A stretch of 63,358 nt of DNA from Minisyncoccota bacterium (GTDB taxonomy: Bacteria; Patescibacteriota; Minisyncoccia; JAHIHE01; JAGLIN01), in assembly GCA_023137595.1 (NCBI GenBank), contig JAGLOZ010000002.1, positions 1-63,358 on the forward strand, written 5' to 3'. Below the pieces are notes generated by a model, which saw only the letters and a program-made list of their open reading frames with translations, did no database searches and was not told the origin of the DNA. A program made the translations under genes and the position numbers. This document shows positions 54,851-63,096 of this stretch, piece after piece; positions within the stretch are counted from its first letter, which is position 1; each line of letters opens with the position of its first letter.

Positions 54851-56032
54851 CTAAGAATCTAACAAACCAGTCTTGCATATCTTCGCATACTCTCTCGCGC
54901 TCTTGCGAATCTTTGTGCTCATATCCTTATAATTCATTTCAACAAGCCCAAATCTCGGTCCGAAGCCGTCAACCCATTCAAAATTATCAATGAGCGACCA
55001 ATGTAGATAACCTCTGACATCAACACCGTCTTGGATAGCCCGATGAATTTGTTGAAGATGCTCCATAATAAATTTTGTTCTTTTTTTGTCCTCTTTATCA
55101 GCTAATCCATTTTCGGTAATATAGATCGGCAAATTATATTTTTTAAGATCTCTTAAAACATAATAAAGGCCTTCAGGATATATCTCCCAGCCCAAATCCG
55201 AAACTTCTTTGTCATCATTTTTAATTTTCAAAGGAGAGAAAGAGAAAGGATCAAATTTTATTCTGTCATGAAAATAATAATTTATTCCCAAAAAATCTTG
55301 ATAGTTTTTTGTTAATTCCAGAAACAAACGATTTCTGAAAAAATTAAAAGCGTTCGCAACCGCCTTGTTCAAAACAGAATTTTCATCAAAGACATCCACA
55401 AAGGAAAGATTTTGCGCAATACCGACTTTCGCGTTTTTATTAATGTCATGTATGGCTTTATACGCTTTTTTATGAGTTTCTATAAAATTATAAAAAACTT
55501 TTGGAACAACTAACAAATTATTTTTTTGGGGAGGAAATTTTCCCAAAATATAGGCAAGAGAGGTATAGATCATCGGTTCATTCGTCGTCAGCCAAAGATC
55601 AACGACATCATCAAGCTCTTCAACTACGAATCTCGTATATTGCTCAAAATATTCCGAAAATTTTGAGTTTTGCCATCCGCCTTTTTCTGCCATCCACAAA
55701 GGAAGAGTCCAGTGCCAAATTGTAACCATCGGACTTATTCCTCGTTCTCTCAGCGCTAAGATCATTTTCCTATAATGTTCAATTTGCTTTCTGTCAAATT
55801 TACCCTCTTCCGGCTGGATTCTTGACCAGGAAAGTGAAAAGCGATGAGCATTTTGATTCAATTCTTTTGCCAGATCAAAATAATGCTCATAATTTAAATA
55901 ATAGTTACAAGCGGTGCGAGCCGGAAATTTCTCCGACCAATCGCAATTCTTGACATTGCCCTCTACCTGATAGGAAGAAACTGAAGAACCCCATAAAAAA
56001 TCCTTTGGAAATTTTTTTGTTTCTTTTGGCAT
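54851..56032 (-). CDS. beta-glucosidase, glycoside hydrolase family 1
   Basis: LTTNEP and YITENG catalytic motifs. Confidence 0.85.
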   Translation of the reverse strand: MPKETKKFPKDFLWGSSVSSYQVEGNVKNCDWSEKFPARTACNYYLNYEHYFDLAKELNQNAHRFSLSWSRIQPEEGKFDRKQIEHYRKMILALRERGISPMVTIWHWTLPLWMAEKGGWQNSKFSEYFEQYTRFVVEELDDVVDLWLTTNEPMIYTSLAYILGKFPPQKNNLLVVPKVFYNFIETHKKAYKAIHDINKNAKVGIAQNLSFVDVFDENSVLNKAVANAFNFFRNRLFLELTKNYQDFLGINYYFHDRIKFDPFSFSPLKIKNDDKEVSDLGWEIYPEGLYYVLRDLKKYNLPIYITENGLADKEDKKRTKFIMEHLQQIHRAIQDGVDVRGYLHWSLIDNFEWVDGFGPRFGLVEMNYKDMSTKIRKSAREYAKICKTGLLDS

Positions 56033-56298
56033 AAGATATGATTAACTTAAAAAGATCGTTCTATTGCCTCATTGTCAAAAACTATCAAAACCCTTGTCGC
56101 CAAACAATTCAGCGATAAAACGATGAAACGATGTAATATCATTATACATTAACTTTTTATTAAATCCAAATAAATATCCGAATAAACATTAATGATTTAT
56201 TGTCTTATTTATTGACTTATTATTTATTATATGGTAGAAAGAAGACATCCTGATCTTATTGTAAAATAAAATTTAGGACATACTACGGGAGGATTATC

Positions 56299-56955
56299 AT
56301 GAAAGAAGAAATAAACAAAACAATTAAAGAGTACACCGACGATCTCGCAGAAAGGTTTATCGAAGACCTAAGAAGAGTTTTAAGCACAGGAATAAGCTCT
56401 CAGGAGCTCGTTCGATTATTTTTGGGAGAGAGTGTAAATGTAAGCATTGCTTCTTTAACAAAAACGGACAAAAGAATACACAGCGCTGTTTTCGCGAAAG
56501 TAAACGACATTCTTTCAAAAAAAGGAATTTATGTTAAACCTATGAGAAGGGATGGATTTAATTGCCGAGTTTCACTTACTGGAAACTATCCCCCGGGAAC
56601 ACGATGGTTCCATCTTGAAAATAGTGAGTTTATGTTGGAAGATCGCTATTTGATAGAAAACGGAAAGAAAGCTTTTGACGAAATTACAGAAAAGCTTGTC
56701 GAAAATATAAAAGAATCCGCTATTTTCCCTGGAGAAAGAGCTGTAAAACTGCGTCTAGGAGAAGCAGTGCATCTTAAAGACATCAATGTTCTGCTTCCGA
56801 TAAGATCAGAAACTGCGAGAAGAAAGATCATCTCAGCAGCTGTCCGGAAGCTAAAAGAAGTAGAGATAGCGGCAGAATTTAAAAATATCAAATTCACTAG
56901 AAGAGAGGAGGGGCATTATGATTGTAAAATTCATTTGATCAATTCCGCTTCTTAA
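56299..56955 (+). CDS. hypothetical protein (218 aa)
   Basis: GGGAGGA SD 6 nt upstream of the ATG, with its own terminator. No recognisable motif. Confidence 0.55.
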   Translation: MKEEINKTIKEYTDDLAERFIEDLRRVLSTGISSQELVRLFLGESVNVSIASLTKTDKRIHSAVFAKVNDILSKKGIYVKPMRRDGFNCRVSLTGNYPPGTRWFHLENSEFMLEDRYLIENGKKAFDEITEKLVENIKESAIFPGERAVKLRLGEAVHLKDINVLLPIRSETARRKIISAAVRKLKEVEIAAEFKNIKFTRREEGHYDCKIHLINSAS

Positions 56956-56978
56956 GGCATTATACGATGCCTTTTTTT
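56954..56978. terminator. bidirectional terminator
   Basis: AAGGCAT-tatacg-ATGCCTT followed by TTTTTT. Confidence 0.75.
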
Positions 56979-57183
56979 ATTCTTCAACATTTCCCAGATC
57001 CTTCTTCACTTCCTCAAACTCATTCTCAACCTTTTTCAGCCTTTCTTTACTGGCTTTGATCAGTTTCACGCCTTCTTTGACTTTCTCAAGCCCTTTTTCA
57101 ACATCAACTTCTTCCTGCGATTCAAACCAATCCACTATCTTTTCCAATTTTTTAAGCGACTCGCTCAAATTTGTTTTTTCCAT
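56977..57183 (-). CDS. xseB: exodeoxyribonuclease VII small subunit
   Basis: 68-aa helical protein, LEKIVDWFES...VDVEKGLEKVKEG. Downstream of xseA. Confidence 0.8.
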   Translation of the reverse strand: MEKTNLSESLKKLEKIVDWFESQEEVDVEKGLEKVKEGVKLIKASKERLKKVENEFEEVKKDLGNVEE

Positions 57184-57217
57184 ATTTTTTTAAGTTAGTT
57201 TTTAAGTGTTTTAATAG

Positions 57218-57310
57218 TCGCTGGTTCCATAGTCCCGATAGGGCTGTGGAACCTATTTGCAGATATCCCGCATTTAGGCTTCACAGGGTTCCGCCGCAAT
57301 GGAGCCAACA
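57218..57310. other. GC-rich structured spacer between xseA and xseB
   Basis: Hairpins GGTTCCA..CCC-gata-GGG..TGGAACC, CCTA..TGC/GCA..TAGG and GGCT...AGCC. About 50% GC in a roughly 33% GC context. Confidence 0.35.
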
Positions 57311-57316
57311 AGCAAC

Positions 57317-58987
57317 TTATTTCCCAACACCTCTCACCTCAGCCTCAATCTTCCCGTCAGAGATTTTTATATCAACAGCATCTCCTTTCCCCACTTGTTT
57401 TATGCTTCTTACAATTTTCCCGCCAAATGACACTATGCTATAACCAAGCTTCAATTGCCTTTCCGGATCGCTCGCGTTTATTGCATTTTCAAAAATATTT
57501 ATTTTGTTTTTTGTGTCTATGATCTTTCGACTATAATTTGAAAATATTCGGCTTGCAGAATCATCAACTGCGTGTCTCGCGCCATCAATCGCGTAATTTA
57601 TATTTTTAACTATTTTCAAAAAATTATTTTCCGCGTCAGTGAATCTTTGCAGTATATTTTCAAATTTTTGGTTCAGACTAAAAGAAATTCTTTCAATTTT
57701 GTGCTTGGATTCATATAAATATTTTTCAAATGAATTTATTAGAATTGCTTCATTGCGATTTAGTTTTTCAAAAGCCTTGTCCCATGATTCCCGAATTGCT
57801 CTTGCCGCAGCGGTCGGAGTTGAAACCGCAAGATCAGAAACAAGAGAAACAAGAGAAATATCTTTTTCATGTCCCACTCCGCAAATAACAGGGATATTCA
57901 AATCCGCAATTTCCCGCACCAGCGCCTCGTTGTTAAACGCCTGCAAGCTTTCCAAGCTTCCGCCTCCCCGAACTATTACCAGCGCGTCAATTTTTTTTAT
58001 TTTCCTAAATTGTCTCACAGCTTTTATGAGATCAAAAACAGCTTGTTTTCCCTCAACGCTGGAATCTATAAATTTGATCTTAAATCCATAGCTTCCCAAA
58101 TTTGTCGTAAAATCCCCTATCGCAGCACCCTTTGATGAAGTTATGAGTCCGATCGTTTCTGGCAGTTCCGGCAAAGATTTTTTTCTTTCAAGAGCAAACA
58201 ACCCTTCTTTTTCAAGTTTATTTTTAATTTCGTCATAAGCTTTTTTCAACGCCCCTTCTCCCGCAACTTCAACCAGACTTGTTTTTAGACTCAATTTTCC
58301 ATACGGCTTATAAATTTCAGGTCTTCCGCTTGCAATAATTTCATTTCCAATCTTGATCTTTACGCCGGAAATCTCATATTGATACCGAAAGATCAAACAA
58401 TTGATAACACTATCATCTTTCTCATCTTTTAAACTGAAATATACCACCTTCTCCCTTTCGTCAACGCTTGTCACCTCGCCTTTCAATCTCACCTCTTCAC
58501 TCGTCAATTTCTCATTCAAATGATCCAGAAATTCGCTAACGGAATAAATTTTTTCTTTTTGATCCGTTGCGCTAAAATCTAACGATGCGGTGCTCTCTTC
58601 TTCCCGCCCTGCCGGAGTCTCTCGCAAAGAACTATGATAAGATTCAGAATTACCCTCGCTTTCGCGAAAACTCCGATTCGCGCTTTGTCTTTCTGGTAAA
58701 ATTATATTCCTACCAGCCTGTCCGGCAGGCGGGAAAAACGGCTGCCTGCTGTCTATTTTATCATTTCCCAGACTTTCTTTTACCATATCCAAAATCTCCT
58801 TGCCATATTTATAATATTTTTTATCTTTTATTCCCTTGATACTTGTCAACTCTTCTCTCGTTTTTGGCTCCATCCTTGCAACATCTTCAATGGCTCTGTT
58901 TGGCAACACGCGAAAAATCTCAACCATTTCTCTTTTGGCCGTTGCGTCTCTCCACGCCTTTAATTTTCTGAGGAGATTTGGGTTCAT
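57317..58987 (-). CDS. xseA: HRDC domain - repeat-derived linker - exodeoxyribonuclease VII large subunit fusion
   Basis: N-terminal 70 aa are HRDC-like (LKAWRDATAKREMVEIFRVLPNRAIEDVARMEPKTREELTSIKGI). Residues from about 145 onward are XseA (IYSVSEFLDHLN...IGLITSSKGAAIGDF). Confidence 0.8.
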   Translation of the reverse strand: MNPNLLRKLKAWRDATAKREMVEIFRVLPNRAIEDVARMEPKTREELTSIKGIKDKKYYKYGKEILDMVKESLGNDKIDSRQPFFPPAGQAGRNIILPERQSANRSFRESEGNSESYHSSLRETPAGREEESTASLDFSATDQKEKIYSVSEFLDHLNEKLTSEEVRLKGEVTSVDEREKVVYFSLKDEKDDSVINCLIFRYQYEISGVKIKIGNEIIASGRPEIYKPYGKLSLKTSLVEVAGEGALKKAYDEIKNKLEKEGLFALERKKSLPELPETIGLITSSKGAAIGDFTTNLGSYGFKIKFIDSSVEGKQAVFDLIKAVRQFRKIKKIDALVIVRGGGSLESLQAFNNEALVREIADLNIPVICGVGHEKDISLVSLVSDLAVSTPTAAARAIRESWDKAFEKLNRNEAILINSFEKYLYESKHKIERISFSLNQKFENILQRFTDAENNFLKIVKNINYAIDGARHAVDDSASRIFSNYSRKIIDTKNKINIFENAINASDPERQLKLGYSIVSFGGKIVRSIKQVGKGDAVDIKISDGKIEAEVRGVGK

Positions 58988-59016
58988 AGATTAGGTTTTT
59001 AGGTTGTAACTTCTTA

Positions 59017-59137
59017 GAACCTGTTTAAAAAGTTTATTTTCGGGTAGATGCGAGCCCTTGCTCGCACCAAAAATAGCTCATCCCAAACGGTTCAAGTGAG
59101 GGTTTGAATCTACCCGGTAGAGTTTTTAAACAGGCTC
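59017..59137. other. nested-palindrome structured element of about 120 nt
   Basis: Outer arms GAACCTGTTTAAAAA/TTTTTAAACAGGCTC, middle arms CGGGTAGAT/ATCTACCCG, inner hairpin GCGAGC-cctt-GCTCGC. Its GC content is elevated. Confidence 0.4.
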
Positions 59138-59194
59138 TTAGCTCGTTAGGGATTTAAAATTTTCAGAATATTGAACGAAAAGCGTGCGTTTTAT

Positions 59195-59382
59195 CTCGTC
59201 CCCCTGACAAGAGGGAATCAAAGGGGGTTTTGAATATAGATAGAGTTGTAATTATAAAATAAAACTAGAAGAGTTTTGAAAAAATTTATTTAAATTTATA
59301 ATTCTATAATGCTTTAAAACTCCTCCCAACCCATTCGACTATCGCTTAGGGCAGGCTCTTCACTTATCAGGGAAGGAGTCCC
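59195..59382. repeat. intergenic repeat family G (copy 2)
   Basis: ccctgacaagagggaatcaaaggggg...attataaaat...ccattcgactatcgcttagggcaggct. Confidence 0.5.
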
Positions 59383-59389
59383 AAAAAAG

Positions 59390-59797
59390 CTAATCACTCA
59401 TTCCTTTAATTCTTCGTATTATATTTTCTAGAGCATCATTGCTATCAGACTCCTCTATTTCAGATATTTCTTTCTCAAGAAGTTCATTTTCTTTTTCCAG
59501 TTCAGTGGCAATATTTTCAACAGAAACCGGAACTTCTTTGTCACTATTATATAAAAATAATCCCATAAAAACAATAGATATAAATGAAATAAAAATTATT
59601 CCAAAAATTAATCTTTTATTTGAACTTATTAAACTTTCTAAATTGGTTACTTTTTTTGCTTTATTTTCTACGCTTCTTACATCTGTTTTATTTTTAGAAC
59701 GTGAAGAAGCAGCAACTTTTTTTGCCGCATTATAATTCCTCAACAAGTCTTTCTTGTTATCTTTTTTTACACAAATTATATCTTCAACTATTCTCAT
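59390..59797 (-). CDS. hypothetical single-pass membrane protein with an acidic coiled-coil tail
   Basis: ORF track. One central TM helix. Confidence 0.5.
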   Translation of the reverse strand: MRIVEDIICVKKDNKKDLLRNYNAAKKVAASSRSKNKTDVRSVENKAKKVTNLESLISSNKRLIFGIIFISFISIVFMGLFLYNSDKEVPVSVENIATELEKENELLEKEISEIEESDSNDALENIIRRIKGMSD

Positions 59798-59850
59798 TTT
59801 TTTGCTTTAGTTTTATTCATAATTCTATATTCTAAATTCTAAATTCTTTT

Positions 59851-60942
59851 TTATACCGCCTTTTCTTTTTCAAAATCTTTCGGCTCGTCAAAAATAAAAA
59901 TATTATCCGAAAAGAAATTGATTGAGACCTTGTCTCCGGATCTTAGATCGCTTGGAGTTCTTTTCAAGGCGTTCACTTCAGTTCCGTCAAAAAGTCTTAT
60001 GATATATTGCCATTTGTCTCCTAAAAAATTAACAAATTCAATTGTTCCTTTGATATTCTCTTTTCTGACAGCGCTGTCTATATGTATTTTTTCTGAACGA
60101 ACTCCCAGGACAACTTTCTTCTTTGAGTTATTTTTCGGCAGCTCAATTACGGCATCCTGAAATCTTACATGATTTTTATCAACCATTTCACAGCGAAAAA
60201 AATTACAGCGTCCCAAAAAATACGCAGCAAAAATTGAATTTGGCTTGTCATAGATTTCTTTCGGCGATCCGGATTGAACAACTTTTCCCCGCTTCATCAT
60301 TATAATATTATCAGAGATCGTCATCGCCTCTTCCTGGTTATGCGTTACATGGATCGCGGTAAGCTTATATTCTTTGATCAGTTTCATTAGATCATATCGA
60401 AGAGCGGTTCCAATGCGAGCATCCAAGGCTCCAAGAGGCTCGTCCAGAAGCATCAAGGGAGATTTGGTCGCAATCGCGCGCGCCACGGCAACTCTTTGCT
60501 GCATTCCGCCTGAAAGCTCGTTTGGGTAAGCGTTTGCCCGATCATCCAGCCTGACCATTTTCAAAACTTCGTGAATATAATTCTTTGTTTTTTGCGAAAA
60601 ATTATTTCTGATCATGGGACCATAGCTTACATTATGCCAAACATCCATATGAGGAAAAAGAGAATAGCTTTGAAACACAAATCCTATATTTCTCTCTTGC
60701 GTAGGCATATTTGTAATATCTTTTCTGCCAAAAAAAACTTTTCCGCTTGTCGGCTCTTCTAGTCCTGAGATCATGCGAAGCAATGTCGTTTTTCCACACC
60801 CGGAAGGACCAAGAAGCGTGTTATAGCTATATTTTTTTATTTCCAGACTGACATCGTTAACGGCAACGATAATTTCTCCTTTCGTTGCTTCATTTATAGA
60901 AATGAATTTTTTGGTAAGTTTTTTTAATTTTATATTTGGCAT
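59851..60942 (-). CDS. ABC importer ATP-binding protein (PotA/FbpC/CysA type, with a C-terminal regulatory domain)
   Basis: Walker A GPSGCGKTT, signature LSGGMQQRVAVARA, Walker B LLLDEP. Confidence 0.85.
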   Translation of the reverse strand: MPNIKLKKLTKKFISINEATKGEIIVAVNDVSLEIKKYSYNTLLGPSGCGKTTLLRMISGLEEPTSGKVFFGRKDITNMPTQERNIGFVFQSYSLFPHMDVWHNVSYGPMIRNNFSQKTKNYIHEVLKMVRLDDRANAYPNELSGGMQQRVAVARAIATKSPLMLLDEPLGALDARIGTALRYDLMKLIKEYKLTAIHVTHNQEEAMTISDNIIMMKRGKVVQSGSPKEIYDKPNSIFAAYFLGRCNFFRCEMVDKNHVRFQDAVIELPKNNSKKKVVLGVRSEKIHIDSAVRKENIKGTIEFVNFLGDKWQYIIRLFDGTEVNALKRTPSDLRSGDKVSINFFSDNIFIFDEPKDFEKEKAV

Positions 60943-61009
60943 ATATTTAGATTATTAGGTTGTTAGATTATTAGGCTTGCTAGAACTTTAAATTATCAGG
61001 ATATATTGA

Positions 61010-61236
61010 TGTCATTCTGAATCCATTCAGTAAACCCAGGACAAGCTTAGTTCAGAATCTATTATGTATTAGATTTCAATCTATCCTGTTTATATTAACT
61101 TTCACCTAAACTATAAATACAACTATTTCTTGTATGAATATTGTAATTGTGTTTTCGTTCCAATCAAAATGTTTGATGATTTATTGAATAAATTAGTGTA
61201 ATAATTGAAAGATTCTGAACTAAATTCAGAATGACA
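61010..61236. mobile_element. MITE-like element, family A
   Basis: tgtcattctgaatccattcagtaaacccaggacaagcttagttcagaatc ... agattctgaactaaattcagaatgaca. Confidence 0.75.
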
Positions 61237-61301
61237 CCTACGCATCAACCTATGAATAACTCAGCAAATCCTGGTTTCTTGTCCCTAATTAAATTAATTT
61301 T

Positions 61302-61532
61302 TCATTCCCGACGCCAGTTTTTTAATTGTTTTTCTCTCCTGATAGCGGAATTTATATCATTCGTCGTTTCATAATAAACTAATTTGTTAACTTTGTATTT
61401 TTGAGAGAAGCCCTCTACTAGACTATCTTTGTGCTCGTACATTCTTTTTGGCAAATTACTAGTTACTCCAACATACAAAACATTATCATTAACATTCGTT
61501 GAGATATAAATATAGTATATTTTATTTTCCAT
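61302..61532 (-). CDS. GIY-YIG nuclease superfamily protein (UPF0213-like)
   Basis: YYIYISTNVNDNVLYVGVTSNLPKRMYEHK. Confidence 0.8.
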   Translation of the reverse strand: MENKIYYIYISTNVNDNVLYVGVTSNLPKRMYEHKDSLVEGFSQKYKVNKLVYYETTNDINSAIRREKQLKNWRRE

Positions 61533-61593
61533 AATTTTAAACCTAATTCCTAACCCACTAAGGGCTAATCCCTAATTCCTAATTCCTAACCCA

Positions 61594-63096
61594 CTAGCAT
61601 CTCTTCGTCTTCTTCAACATTATCAAAAACACAAACGCGATCATAAACAAAACAAAGCATATAAATCCAGCTTCCGCAATTTGTTCTTTTTCAACTAGAT
61701 CAACTATTAGAACCGAGATGGTTTTTACGTCATTACTCACAGCCAGCGTTGCTCCGGTTTCCGACAAGCTTCTCATAAAAGCCATAATGCTCCCGGCAAT
61801 TATGGCGGGCAGGATCAAGGGAAAGAGAATTGATGTCAAAACTTTGCTTGAATTCGCGCCAAGACATAAGGCCGATTCTTCTATCTTAAAATCAACATTT
61901 TTTATCGCCGCGACAACAGGCTTTACAAGAAGCGGAAAAGTAAAGCTCAAGTGAGCAAAAATAAGAATCAACAATTCATTAAAGTGCAGTCTCCCCCAAA
62001 ACATAGCAAGTGAAAATCCCAGCGCGCTGGTCGGCACCAAAAGAACAATGTCATGCATGCTTTCAAACAGATTCGCCAGTTTTATATTTTTGCTTCGCGC
62101 GATAAAATATGCCATAGGAATCGCAAAAATAAGCCCGATTAGCGTTACCGAAAAAGCGATTCCAAAAGAAATAACGAAACTTTCTAAGATCTGCGCGTTA
62201 AAAACAGGATTAAAATTCAAAAAATTATAAAAAATAATATAAAAAGTCGGAATTATTATAATGATCGCAAGAAACGATCCGAGAATAAGATTTCTAATTT
62301 TGTGCAAATCACTTAACGATCTTTCAAGTTTTGGATAAGCGACTTCAAAATTAAAATGTTTCTTTCTTGTTAAAAATTTTGCAAACACAAGCACGAAGAG
62401 GGCTGACAAAATAAGAATGATACTGGCAATCGCTGCCTCGGGAATATCTCCAGAATGCTTTAGATTAACAATAAATACTGGAGCGGTCATTGTCGCAGCA
62501 CTTGCAACCATCATCGTTGCTCCGGTTTCCGACAAGCTTCTTGTAAAAGTAAGAACTGCTCCGACAACAACTCCGTCTTTGAACAAAGGAAGATCAATCG
62601 TTCGAAATAAACTGAAAGAAGACGCGCCAAGCGTTGTGCCAGCCTCGTTATAAGTTTTGTTGATCTGTTCAATTGAGGCCACAACTGAGCGAACCATATA
62701 AGGAATCGTAAAAATAATATGAAGTAAAATTATAAGAACTAATCCCCTGCCAATATGCCAAAACTCTCCCCAAAACAAGAATACTGAAAGCCCGAGAGCC
62801 GCTGTCGGAACAATCAGAGGTAGGTCAATAAGATTGTCCATCCACGCTTTATATTTGCTTTTTGTATTGACGAAAACCCACGCAAAAGCAATTCCAAAAA
62901 ACAAATTAACGCTCGTCACTATAAAAGCCACCAAAAAAGAAATTTTCAATACACCGAAAAGCTCGCTTGAAACAGTAAGCTTTCCGCCGAAAGCAAAACT
63001 AAGGACATATACCGCTGGCAAAAAAATAACGGTAATAAAAAACAAGAATGTCGCGAAATAGATTAGATGTAAAAAATATTTTTTATAACTGAACAT
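61594..63096 (-). CDS. ABC importer permease, duplicated two-domain form (FbpB/ThiP-like)
   Basis: About 12 TM helices. Two copies of the SLSETGAT(M/L) EAA-loop motif. Confidence 0.8.
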   Translation of the reverse strand: MFSYKKYFLHLIYFATFLFFITVIFLPAVYVLSFAFGGKLTVSSELFGVLKISFLVAFIVTSVNLFFGIAFAWVFVNTKSKYKAWMDNLIDLPLIVPTAALGLSVFLFWGEFWHIGRGLVLIILLHIIFTIPYMVRSVVASIEQINKTYNEAGTTLGASSFSLFRTIDLPLFKDGVVVGAVLTFTRSLSETGATMMVASAATMTAPVFIVNLKHSGDIPEAAIASIILILSALFVLVFAKFLTRKKHFNFEVAYPKLERSLSDLHKIRNLILGSFLAIIIIIPTFYIIFYNFLNFNPVFNAQILESFVISFGIAFSVTLIGLIFAIPMAYFIARSKNIKLANLFESMHDIVLLVPTSALGFSLAMFWGRLHFNELLILIFAHLSFTFPLLVKPVVAAIKNVDFKIEESALCLGANSSKVLTSILFPLILPAIIAGSIMAFMRSLSETGATLAVSNDVKTISVLIVDLVEKEQIAEAGFICFVLFMIAFVFLIMLKKTKRC

